NCBI GenBank assembly: GCA_021790455.1
Contig: JAJYDY010000001.1
Span: forward strand, 1 to 51,276
Reading direction: 5' to 3'
Source: Candidatus Micrarchaeota archaeon
GTDB taxonomy: Archaea > Micrarchaeota > Micrarchaeia > Micrarchaeales > Micrarchaeaceae
DNA length: 51,276 bases
Numbering within the stretch: position 1 is the first letter of the stretch; each line of letters opens with the position of its first letter. Positions 41,925-50,409 of this stretch are shown here, piece after piece. The notes beneath the pieces were generated by a model that was not told the origin of the DNA, did no database searches, and saw nothing but the letters and a program-made list of their open reading frames with translations. The translations under genes and the position numbers were made by a program.

Positions 41925-43769
41925 ATGATAAGTGCACAGTCTGCGATGGAGTATCTCATGACATACGGGTGGGCGATAATAGTCATACTTGTCGTCCTCG
42001 CGATACTTTACACTCTTGGCGTATTCACGCCAGGTGCAACATTGGGGAATGCGTGCAGCGGTAATTTCAAATTTACATGCAGCGATGCACTACTTTCGAC
42101 AAATGGCACAGTCTCATTTGACTTTGGGCAGAACACTGGATCCATAATCTATAATCTCGCATTCGCATGCACCGAAACGAAGAACTCCACCGGAGGTCCA
42201 TATGCAGCCACAAGTCCATGGTACTACGTAGGCTCGAATGGCCAACTTCTATCAACTCCTACTTCCGGTTTCTCTCTCGAGAGCGGCAGGACGATAAGGC
42301 TCCTCGGCCTTCCCTGCTTCGACCAGAACGGCGCTGCACTCGAATCCGGATTCATGCACAGGGATGTGACGTCCTTCGCCGGTACGCTCAACATCGGGCA
42401 GAGATTCACAGGGATATTGTGGGTGAGGTACACTATACACCCCGGCACCGCCGGAAATGAGATGAATGCATGGGTGCAGCAGCAGGCGAGCGTTATAAAT
42501 GCACAGGCTGGAGCTACTGGCGGAACAATCGCAACAAGTTCCACTACAGTATCAGGAGGCACTTATAGCTGTAGCTCCTTCAGCACTTGCGAAGCGAGCC
42601 AGCCCGGATATGCCTGCCCAGGTTCATGCTCGACCCAATGCAATGCGACGAGCAACTCTAACCCTGCATGCGGCGGTTTTGGGAAGTACTGCAAATTAAA
42701 CCAGATACAGTGCGTGTCTACTACTACTACCACTACTACGACTAGCACTACTACGACTATAATGGGGAAATGCGTCGCGGCTACGCCAACATCAACATAT
42801 TCCAGCAGCGTGCACTATGTCCCTATAGAGCTTCAGAACTGCCAGGGAACGGGCACATCGACACCTTTCCAACAACTAATTGACGTGCCGAGCTCGAGCT
42901 ACAGCAGCTACATAGATTCTGGGTGGGATAACATAGAGTTTACAGTAGGAGGTCCTTATGGAACCGGCTCTCCGCTTGATGCGTGGATTCAGACTGCAAA
43001 CAACATCGCGCTTACGACTCCCGTATGGGTAAACATGGATAGCAACAGCGTACCATCGGGAGGCAATGTAATCATATATATGAACTTCATGCCAAGCTCT
43101 GTGCTGTCAACATCAGGGCCAACTGGCGAGGCACCGCAGATTAGCGGCGGTTATGGGCAGTACGATGATGGCACACTTGTCTTCCCATTCTACGACAACT
43201 TTGCTGGAACGTCGCTTGATTCAAATTGGCAGTCTGTAGCACAGACTGCAGCTGTGCAGAACAACGGGCTCACCCTCAGCGGTCCGTATGCAATGGTAGT
43301 CAGCACAGCGTCATATGCTCCAGGAGTATTCTTCGAGGCGAACATGTCAAGCGCGGACAACCCTGGCTTTGCCTTCGTAGGCGAGATGGTGCAGTATGGA
43401 GACGGCTATGGAACTATATATTACAACGGTGGTGGGGGTGAAGAGGGCGGCGGAGTAACAGGTAGCTGGCCTGACTCAAGCTATGGCTGTTGTTTGGGGC
43501 CAAGCAGCGAAACGGGATGGAATAGCCTGGGATTCGTTGGTGGTGTATACGGGGTGGCGTGGCTTGGGACCGGATCGCAGGTATATATAATACCAGAAAG
43601 TGGGCTGCGCAGCACTTCCGATACTACGCTAACAATCCAGAACTTCTACCTTGCACTTAGTGCGGACAGCGGATGGGACACTGGAACAGCGGTATTCAAC
43701 TGGGCAAGAACACGCGCATACCCGCCTGGTGGAGTCATGCCCAGCGTGGCATTTGGCAGTGTTGTATGA
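41925..43769 (+). CDS. Class III signal peptide protein fused to a 4-Cys pilin domain, Cys-rich spacer, Thr linker and DUF2341-like plus LamG/concanavalin-like domains (putative pilus-borne adhesin)
   Basis: MISAQSAMEYLMTYGWAIIVILVVLAILYTL signal, 4-Cys pattern and LWVRYT. A CSSFSTCEASQPGYACPGSCSTQCNATSNSNPACGGFGKYCKLNQIQC spacer is followed by a run of Thr. YVPIELQN...GWDNIEFT...LDAWIQT...VWVNMDS...IIYMNF resembles DUF2341. C-terminal jelly-roll-like region. Confidence 0.8.
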   Translation: MISAQSAMEYLMTYGWAIIVILVVLAILYTLGVFTPGATLGNACSGNFKFTCSDALLSTNGTVSFDFGQNTGSIIYNLAFACTETKNSTGGPYAATSPWYYVGSNGQLLSTPTSGFSLESGRTIRLLGLPCFDQNGAALESGFMHRDVTSFAGTLNIGQRFTGILWVRYTIHPGTAGNEMNAWVQQQASVINAQAGATGGTIATSSTTVSGGTYSCSSFSTCEASQPGYACPGSCSTQCNATSNSNPACGGFGKYCKLNQIQCVSTTTTTTTTSTTTTIMGKCVAATPTSTYSSSVHYVPIELQNCQGTGTSTPFQQLIDVPSSSYSSYIDSGWDNIEFTVGGPYGTGSPLDAWIQTANNIALTTPVWVNMDSNSVPSGGNVIIYMNFMPSSVLSTSGPTGEAPQISGGYGQYDDGTLVFPFYDNFAGTSLDSNWQSVAQTAAVQNNGLTLSGPYAMVVSTASYAPGVFFEANMSSADNPGFAFVGEMVQYGDGYGTIYYNGGGGEEGGGVTGSWPDSSYGCCLGPSSETGWNSLGFVGGVYGVAWLGTGSQVYIIPESGLRSTSDTTLTIQNFYLALSADSGWDTGTAVFNWARTRAYPPGGVMPSVAFGSVV

Positions 43770-44620
43770 GAATAAATAAGTCGCAGAGCGCGATAGAGTA
43801 CCTTACCACTTACGTATGGGCACTTATACTGATCTCGATAGCTGCTGTGATACTTTTCTTCTTCAGCGGGTATGGAAACGCACCGCCTTCAGGAATCGGC
43901 GGGGCATGCGCCACATTCAGGCCGAACGGTCCCGGAACGCTGCCGATCTTCCTGCAAGGAGTATGCAATGATGCTGCGCCGAAGTATGTGGCAAGCCTGC
44001 TAAGCCCGACATCCGCTATCGATACCCCGTTGGCATTTTCCAGCAATACTGTAGCGACTACGGTATCTGCATGGGTGAAGATAAATGAAACAGCGGGGAA
44101 TCATCCTATAATAAGTTCTACATGGACACTTGCTGAAAATGGCGGGGAGCTCTGGTTCTATGCGTGCACAGGCGGTGGGTTCATAAGCGGGAGCAGCTTC
44201 CATGCCGGAAGCATACAAAACAACACGTGGGTGAATGTCGTTGTCACGCTGAAACCGACCACGCCTCCAAATGAGAATGTGACTCTTTACATTAATGGGG
44301 TAGAATCGATGAGCAACACCACTGTGAGCGGACTGCCTGTAGGGAATGACTATATGGTAGGCAGCTCAGTGACTTGCGGAGTTGGGCAGTTCAACGGATA
44401 TATCGCAAATATGCAGATTTACGACACCGCACTTTCACAGGGCCAAGTTAGGGCACTATTCGAACAGGGGATAGGAGGCAACCCAATCTCAATCAATAGC
44501 CTTAGCGCGTGGTACCAGTTTAACGGGGATACAACAGACTATAGCGGAAATGGCGAGAATGCAACCGCATCTTCTTCTGCGTTTGCGCAGAACTGGCAAT
44601 CAGGTTATGCCCCGCCATGA
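43766..44620 (+). CDS. Class III signal peptide protein with a LamG (Laminin_G_3-like) domain
   Basis: Start moved to ATG 43766 (ATGA overlap with the preceding stop): MRINKSQSAIEYLTTYVWALILISIAAVILFFF. The LamG-type tail is NTWVNVVVTL...VTLYINGVE...FNGYIANMQIYDTALSQGQVRALF. Confidence 0.8.
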   Translation: MRINKSQSAIEYLTTYVWALILISIAAVILFFFSGYGNAPPSGIGGACATFRPNGPGTLPIFLQGVCNDAAPKYVASLLSPTSAIDTPLAFSSNTVATTVSAWVKINETAGNHPIISSTWTLAENGGELWFYACTGGGFISGSSFHAGSIQNNTWVNVVVTLKPTTPPNENVTLYINGVESMSNTTVSGLPVGNDYMVGSSVTCGVGQFNGYIANMQIYDTALSQGQVRALFEQGIGGNPISINSLSAWYQFNGDTTDYSGNGENATASSSAFAQNWQSGYAPP

Positions 44621-45567
44621 TTGGATTGACTACGGCAACACAGCCGACTACCACCTCAACTTCAACATCAACGACGACATCGTCGACGACAACTTCAACA
44701 ACGAGCATACCCATACCAATCACACTCGCAAGTGGGCAATCTAATCCGATTGGGATTGCAGTTTACAGCGGCAATGTATATTGGACTGACCAGAGCTCTG
44801 GAGTAGGAACAGGTACGATAGAATCTGTTCCAATCGGAGGGGGAAGCATTACTACGCTCGCTAACAACCTCTATGGCCCTACGGGAATAGCAGTTTACAA
44901 TGGTAACGTCTATTGGTCAGACCAAAATAACCCTGGTACGATAGAATACGTCCCTGTTGGTGGTGGAAGCAACACGGTTCTTGCATCCGGTCAGGACGAT
45001 CCATTTGGTATCGCAGTCGATGGCGGCAATGTATATTGGGTGAATAGAGGCAGCTCTGGTACAGTAGACTCTGTTCCAATAGGAGGCGGAAGCGTAACCG
45101 TGCTTACCTCCGGACAGGCTTACCCGACCGGCATCACGGTTTCAAATGGTAATGTATTCTGGACAGATCAGGGCACACCGGGGAATGTTGTGGAGTGTTC
45201 TCTAGCATCCTGCACCCCGATAACCCTTGCAACTGGCAGGTCTGATCCGCAAAGCATTGTAACTTATGGCTCCGATGTATACTGGGTAGATTCGGGTAGT
45301 TCCGGTTCCATGTCCTACGTTCCAATTGGTGGAGGCAGCGTCACGACACTTGCCTCTGGGCTAAACTTCTATGGTATCGCAACCGATGGAACTAACATTT
45401 ATTGGACTAACTCTACCAACACGGGCGCTGTGTACTCAATTCCGATAGGCGGAGGGAGCATCAGCGTGCTTGCATCTGGGCAAAACTCTCCTTTCGGTAT
45501 CGCAGTTGACGGAACCAATGTTTACTGGATTGATAGGATAGGCACGGTGGAGCAGATAGTTAAGTAG
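44617..45567 (+). CDS. Thr-rich linker plus seven YWTD-like beta-propeller repeats, with no signal peptide of its own
   Basis: MIGLTTATQPTTTSTSTSTTTSSTTTSTTS is followed by seven [YF]W[TSVI][DN] motifs spaced 41-44 aa apart (GIAVYSGNVYWTDQ, GIAVYNGNVYWSDQ, GIAVDGGNVYWVNR, GITVSNGNVFWTDQ, VTYGSDVYWVDS, GIATDGTNIYWTNS, GIAVDGTNVYWIDR). ATGA overlap with the LamG gene. Confidence 0.78.
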   Translation: MIGLTTATQPTTTSTSTSTTTSSTTTSTTSIPIPITLASGQSNPIGIAVYSGNVYWTDQSSGVGTGTIESVPIGGGSITTLANNLYGPTGIAVYNGNVYWSDQNNPGTIEYVPVGGGSNTVLASGQDDPFGIAVDGGNVYWVNRGSSGTVDSVPIGGGSVTVLTSGQAYPTGITVSNGNVFWTDQGTPGNVVECSLASCTPITLATGRSDPQSIVTYGSDVYWVDSGSSGSMSYVPIGGGSVTTLASGLNFYGIATDGTNIYWTNSTNTGAVYSIPIGGGSISVLASGQNSPFGIAVDGTNVYWIDRIGTVEQIVK

Positions 45568-45602
45568 CAGCTAATTTTTGGCATCTGCCACTTTGTCATA
45601 AA

Positions 45603-46373
45603 TCAGATATAGCCTGCCCAGAAAGCCAGGCCGAGAACGAGTATTATCACTATTATTGCCACGGTGATAGCCATGTTGCGGGTCTTTGCGCCTTTCGACT
45701 CTTTTATTTTTTGCTCCACAGATTCTGGTGATGCCGATGCTCCTGCAGTTGCTGCAGTCTGGTCTCCCTCCACAGGCATCTGTACCCCTTCCATCATTGC
45801 CTGGTCCTGTGCAAGCAGCTCCTCCTGAGTCGGAGCCGCTCCTGCCGTCATTGCGCCAGCTGCGGTTGCGCCTGGTGCAGCCATCGTTGGCTGTACTTGT
45901 GGCTTGGGCTTGACAGGCATGCCTGCCTTGACCTGTTTGAAGCCTTTCTCAGTCAGCATAACGGAGACCGCGCCGCTCCTGAATTCATAGGTAACAAAGT
46001 CCTGTTGTGAAAGCTTGAAAAGGTGCATTGCAAGGTCTCTCGGCCTGACGTTCACGCCTGCACCTATGTCTGCCGGCGTAGTCTTCCCGTTTGAAACCTG
46101 GGTGATTATTGCAAGGTCGAGGTGATCGAAGTCGATATTTGCCTTCGTATTCGCCTCATCGATGAGCTGCTTACCTGTTTCTGTTATGGTTATTATGCTC
46201 TGGCCTGGCAGCGCGGTGTTGAAGGATATGAGCTTCTTCTGCGAAAGCGTAGCCGCGATGTTTGCACCGTCAAAGTAAGAGGAGTTGAGCATCCCGCCGA
46301 ACCTCTCCATGGTGGTGTCGGGCTTTATTTTGAGCAGTGAGGCTAAATCGAAAAAATTGATTTCATCAGGCAT
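45603..46373 (-). CDS. Hypothetical protein with an Ala/Pro/Gln-rich spacer and a C-terminal TM anchor
   Basis: Start taken at MPDEINFFDL (ATG 46373), which lies 27 nt downstream of a TATA box. The C-terminus is NMAITVAIIVIILVLGLAFWAGYI. No family recognised. Confidence 0.6.
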   Translation of the reverse strand: MPDEINFFDLASLLKIKPDTTMERFGGMLNSSYFDGANIAATLSQKKLISFNTALPGQSIITITETGKQLIDEANTKANIDFDHLDLAIITQVSNGKTTPADIGAGVNVRPRDLAMHLFKLSQQDFVTYEFRSGAVSVMLTEKGFKQVKAGMPVKPKPQVQPTMAAPGATAAGAMTAGAAPTQEELLAQDQAMMEGVQMPVEGDQTAATAGASASPESVEQKIKESKGAKTRNMAITVAIIVIILVLGLAFWAGYI

Positions 46374-46400
46374 AGCATTCGAAACATATTGAAAGCTAAG

Positions 46401-46410
46401 ATTTATATAC
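46401..46410. promoter_or_regulatory. Single TATA box shared by two divergent genes
   Basis: atttatatac lies 31 nt upstream of ATG 46441 (+). Its reverse complement gtataaat lies 27 nt upstream of ATG 46373 (-). It is the only AT-rich box in the 67-nt divergent gap. Confidence 0.4.
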
Positions 46411-46440
46411 ATTCTATAGGCAATCCGATTGGGCGGATTT

Positions 46441-47130
46441 ATGAGGGACTATTGGTCGCTTTCTGGCGAAAGGGAAAGGAAATATTTCTTTGGCAAACCG
46501 AACGAGGCAGTACCGGCGCTGGTCAAGGAAATGAAGAGAAGGGGAATGAGGAGAGTGCTGGACATTGGTTGCGGTTTTGGGAGGAATTCAATATACTTCA
46601 TAGAAAATGGATTGGATACATATGGGTTCGATAATTCCGAAATCGCTGTTAAAACGCTCAGGAAAAGACTGAAGGAAAAGGAAATGAAGATGCACCTGGC
46701 TCTCCACGACAGCAGCAAAAAGTTTCCTTATAGTGACGGATTCTTTGATGCGACCGTCTCCATATCGGCGATCCACCATTCAACATACAAGAATCTGAAG
46801 GGGATTGCGAAGGAGATTGAGCGCGTGACGAAAAACAGTGGAATGCTGCTGATAACCGCGCCAACTTACAACTCAAAATACGGGAAATCGGAAGCTAAGA
46901 ACTTCAGGCGAATCGGATATAGGAATTATGTTCCCCTGGATGGCGTAGAAAAAGGCGTTCCGCACTTCTACTTCGATGAAAAGAGCGTGAAGCGCCTCTT
47001 CGGCGGCTTTGATATAAAGATAAGGAGGGTGGCGAAGGAGAACAAACTTGACACAGGAAGGATTGCAATGTTCCTCTACATAACCGGGACAAAAATCGGC
47101 TCTCCACCGCATTCGACTCAAAAGAGCTAA
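46441..47130 (+). CDS. Class I SAM-dependent methyltransferase
   Basis: Motif I VLDIGCGFGRNS, post-I acidic residue (GFDNSE) and motif II-like FFDATVSISAIHH. ATG 46441 is preferred over TTG 46429. Confidence 0.85.
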   Translation: MRDYWSLSGERERKYFFGKPNEAVPALVKEMKRRGMRRVLDIGCGFGRNSIYFIENGLDTYGFDNSEIAVKTLRKRLKEKEMKMHLALHDSSKKFPYSDGFFDATVSISAIHHSTYKNLKGIAKEIERVTKNSGMLLITAPTYNSKYGKSEAKNFRRIGYRNYVPLDGVEKGVPHFYFDEKSVKRLFGGFDIKIRRVAKENKLDTGRIAMFLYITGTKIGSPPHSTQKS

Positions 47131-47167
47131 AAGCTCTGGGTTCTCCATAGTAGTCATAGTGTTTTCG

Positions 47168-48421
47168 ATGCAATTGAAGTTCTATGGAGGCGCACAGGAG
47201 GTCGGGAGGTCTGCAATACTCATGAAGGATGACAGGAGCCTGCTTTTCGATTTTGGCGTAAAGCTCGATCACAGGATGGAATTTCCAGTCGGATCCCCAA
47301 AGGCTGACGCGCTCATTGTCAGCCATGCGCACCTTGACCACAGCGGCTTCTCCCCTGGTCTCTACAATGAGAACCTCATACCGAGTTTCGGGACACAGCC
47401 AACACTGAGGCTCTCAAACCTCCTTCTTGACGACTCGTTAGGCATAGCGAAGAAGGAGCACGCAAAGCCGCAGTTCTCGAAGAGGCAGCTGAAGGAGTTC
47501 ATCAACAGGTACATAAGCATGGACTACCATCATGTTACGCACTTCGGAAACTTCGATATCGAATTCTTCGATGCAGGACACATCTGCGGCAGCTCGATCA
47601 CTCTCGTCGAGAGGACGCAGGCAAAGGATTACAGGCGCATAGCTTATACTGGTGACTTCAAGCTCTCCCCGCAGTTGCTGCATAAGGGAGCCGAGATAGT
47701 GAAGAGCGACGTGCTGATCATCGAATCAACATACGCAACAAGGGAGCACCAGGACAGAAAGAAGGTGGTGAAGGACTTCATAGATGGAGTGAAGAGGGTG
47801 GTTGACAACGGCGGGACAGCTCTCGTCCCTGCGTTTGCAGTAGGAAGAAGCCAGGAGCTGCTCGCGCTCCTCTACCAGCACGACCTGGCTCAGTATACTT
47901 TCTTCGACGGAATGGCAAAGGACGCAACGCAGATAGTACTCAACAGCCCAAGCTATGTGGCGAACTACGACCTGCTAGCCAAGGCTGCCAGGAACGTCAA
48001 CTGGATAACAGAAAGAGACGAACGAAAGGAGGCGCTTAACGGGCCATCTGTAATCCTGACAACAGGCGGGATGCTTCACGGAGGGCCGGTCCTGGACTAC
48101 ATAACAAAGCTAGGCCCAAACTCTGAGATATTCCTCACAGGATACCAGCAGGAAGGCACTAACGGCAAGACGCTGATGGAGGACGGAACAATAATGATCC
48201 AGGGAGCGAAGCATAGGATCCCGCAGCCTGTCAGCTTCAACGATTTCTCAGCGCATGCGGGGATGAGCGACCTTTTCGAATACGTCAAGAAGAGCGACCC
48301 AAAGGCAGTGGTCTGCGTGCACGGTGACGAGGAGAACACGATATCGCTTGCGAAGGCGCTGAAGGAGGAGGGATTTGCCGCGTATGCCCCAAAGATCGGA
48401 GACGCGATAAGGTTCGACTGA
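47168..48421 (+). CDS. Metallo-beta-lactamase/beta-CASP family ribonuclease (aCPSF2-like, no KH domains)
   Basis: HxHxDH motif (VSHAHLDHSG), FDAGHICGSS, beta-CASP motif region (ESTYATREH), and C-terminal FSAHAG...VHGDE. Confidence 0.85.
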   Translation: MQLKFYGGAQEVGRSAILMKDDRSLLFDFGVKLDHRMEFPVGSPKADALIVSHAHLDHSGFSPGLYNENLIPSFGTQPTLRLSNLLLDDSLGIAKKEHAKPQFSKRQLKEFINRYISMDYHHVTHFGNFDIEFFDAGHICGSSITLVERTQAKDYRRIAYTGDFKLSPQLLHKGAEIVKSDVLIIESTYATREHQDRKKVVKDFIDGVKRVVDNGGTALVPAFAVGRSQELLALLYQHDLAQYTFFDGMAKDATQIVLNSPSYVANYDLLAKAARNVNWITERDERKEALNGPSVILTTGGMLHGGPVLDYITKLGPNSEIFLTGYQQEGTNGKTLMEDGTIMIQGAKHRIPQPVSFNDFSAHAGMSDLFEYVKKSDPKAVVCVHGDEENTISLAKALKEEGFAAYAPKIGDAIRFD

Positions 48422-48427
48422 TTGCTT

Positions 48428-49321
48428 CTACTCCTCTATTTTCAGGAAATCGAGATACGCCTTGAACATTCCTCCGTTCTTCAGGTTGTTCAGCAGGACA
48501 GTTGCGTTCTCTATGTAGAAATTGTTCAGTTTTATCGCAGTCTTGAGCGGATCTTCTTTCTTGTGCGACTCGAAGACGGAGACTATGTTGGGCCTCGAGT
48601 GCGACGAATCAGGAGTCGTGCTCTTCCCCAATTTCTCTTTTATTCCGAGATGGTTCATTATGTCATCTCTTAGCTGGAAAGAATAGCCCATGTTCACGCC
48701 GATATCATAGAGGTCCTGCTTTGCCGGGGAGGAGATGCAGTCTGCGACAACGCTCGCAGAGACGCCCATCAGGGAAGCAGTCTTGAGCTGGGCTATCCTT
48801 AGGTAGGAATTCAGGTCTAGCCGAATCTGCTTCGACTGCACCATTATGTCTATCGTCTCGCCTGCACACATGTCCATTGAGGCTTCGGATGCCCTCCTGA
48901 CCGCAACCGGGCCATAAGCGCTCGCCAACTGTATAGCCTTCGCGATGAGTGCATCGCCGGCAAGTATCGCTTTCTCTGTCCCGAATTTGATGTGGACCGC
49001 TTCCCTGCCCCTCCGGGTCGAGTCCCCGTCCAGTATGTCGTCATGGACGAGGGATGCGGTGTGCAGGAGCTCTATGGCAACGGCGAGATCCACATATTCC
49101 TTCGGGTCCTTTCCGAGAAGGAGCGCGGAACTGAATACCAAGCCTGGCCTGACCATCTTCCCAGGGCTTTTCAGAAGATGTGTAGATGCTTCGCAGAGTT
49201 CTTCGTTAACAAATTCCTCACTGCCGAGCTGCCTTACTCTCTTTTGTGCGAGGGAAAGAGCGGAACGCACCCCGGATGGAACGAAAACCCCTTTACTGAT
49301 ACGAAGAGCTAGCGAGCGCAA
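48428..49321 (-). CDS. Polyprenyl (geranylgeranyl) diphosphate synthase
   Basis: First Asp-rich motif LVHDDILDGDSTRRG, second motif FQLRDDIMN, and GKMVRPGL. Start moved to TTG 49321, 30 nt downstream of a TATA box. The ORF-track N-terminal 49 aa overlap the DHS gene and look non-homologous. Start remains uncertain. Confidence 0.82.
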   Translation of the reverse strand: MRSLALRISKGVFVPSGVRSALSLAQKRVRQLGSEEFVNEELCEASTHLLKSPGKMVRPGLVFSSALLLGKDPKEYVDLAVAIELLHTASLVHDDILDGDSTRRGREAVHIKFGTEKAILAGDALIAKAIQLASAYGPVAVRRASEASMDMCAGETIDIMVQSKQIRLDLNSYLRIAQLKTASLMGVSASVVADCISSPAKQDLYDIGVNMGYSFQLRDDIMNHLGIKEKLGKSTTPDSSHSRPNIVSVFESHKKEDPLKTAIKLNNFYIENATVLLNNLKNGGMFKAYLDFLKIEE

Positions 49322-49351
49322 AATACCACAGAAGTTATTTGCTAGAAAGGG

Positions 49352-49360
49352 ATTTATATT
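49352..49360 (-). promoter_or_regulatory. TATA box for the polyprenyl synthase gene
   Basis: The minus strand reads aatataaat, between the DHS stop (49372) and the proposed TTG start (49321). Confidence 0.35.
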
Positions 49361-49371
49361 CGCACCTGCCG

Positions 49372-50325
49372 TTAGACGATGTCCAGCGCTGCTGCGATTA
49401 TAGGAAGGATTATCGTGGCATCCCCGTCTATTGTGGTGTATTTCGCCTTCTCCTTGATCTTGCCCCAAGATACCGCCTCTGTGAGCCTTGCTCCGGATAG
49501 GCTGCCGTCGTATTGGGAGGCTGTCGTTATGTAGACCGCGTAGTCAAGACCGTCCTTGAACTGGTTCCACCAGATAACGTGATGCTTGCTTATCCCTCCA
49601 CCGAGCATCAGCGCTCCAGTCACCTTGTTGTCGAATGAGATGTTGCTGAGAGCTGCCTCGTCCTTTATCAGGTTGAGCTTGAAGTCGTTGGTCTGCGCGA
49701 AGTAGACCATCTGAGTGCCGAAGGAGCCGTCCAGTATGCCTGGTGCGTAGACCGGCACATTGTGCAAGTATGCCTGCCGCAGTATCGAATTCTCGTCCTT
49801 GATGCGCTTACCGAACTCGCGCGCGAGGTCGCTCGCACTGAACTCGGTCTGATGGCCCTTTTCTGAATATATCTCCTTCATTACCTTCGTGAACGCCTCC
49901 TCTACCTTTGGTCCATACTCATCCTTGTCTATGAAGATGTTGCCTAGCCTGTAGATACCAACCTTGTGCATGTAGTTGTCGTCGATCTCGAAGGTGCCTA
50001 TGTTGTACACCCCTCCAACTGCCCTTGCTATGTCGTGGTCGAATGTGCCGCAGGTGGTGATTATGGCATCGAAGTGCTTCACCATGCTGGCTAGAACCCC
50101 CCTCAGCCCGGTCGAGACCAGGTCTGCGGGGAAGGAGAGGAAGTTGAACGACTCCTTGTCGCTTATCATGTTTCGCAGAGCATCCACTCCCTCAACCATA
50201 TGCTGGCCTGAGAATCCGCCCATCTTCCTCATTTCCTCTATAAGCTCGGATACCTTCATGCCCTTCTTGAGCTTTATGTCCTTTACCCTGCTCTTAAGCA
50301 GCTTTTCCTTGTCGCTCATCTTCAC
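49372..50325 (-). CDS. dys: Deoxyhypusine synthase
   Basis: 317 aa with LMLGGGISKHHVIWWN (GGGxxKHH signature) and the NAD-binding region TTCGTFDHD. Confidence 0.9.
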   Translation of the reverse strand: MKMSDKEKLLKSRVKDIKLKKGMKVSELIEEMRKMGGFSGQHMVEGVDALRNMISDKESFNFLSFPADLVSTGLRGVLASMVKHFDAIITTCGTFDHDIARAVGGVYNIGTFEIDDNYMHKVGIYRLGNIFIDKDEYGPKVEEAFTKVMKEIYSEKGHQTEFSASDLAREFGKRIKDENSILRQAYLHNVPVYAPGILDGSFGTQMVYFAQTNDFKLNLIKDEAALSNISFDNKVTGALMLGGGISKHHVIWWNQFKDGLDYAVYITTASQYDGSLSGARLTEAVSWGKIKEKAKYTTIDGDATIILPIIAAALDIV

Positions 50326-50409
50326 ACCTGATTCGCAGGTAATTCATGGTGCAAGAGATATAAATACAGAGCATATTGCAGGTGCATTAGAAATCGATGG
50401 AAGGATAAT

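Noticed and set aside
43673-43765. Upstream extension of the LamG pilin-like ORF (MGHWNSGIQ...)
   Set aside because: It overlaps the end of the 614-aa adhesin gene. The class III signal begins at the internal ATG 43766, which forms an ATGA junction like other gene pairs here.
48428-49468. Full-length 346-aa ORF-track call for the polyprenyl synthase
   Set aside because: The first 49 codons overlap the 3' end of the deoxyhypusine synthase gene and contain the likely TATA box. They also show no similarity to prenyl synthase N-termini. I shortened the call to TTG 49321, with low certainty on the exact start.
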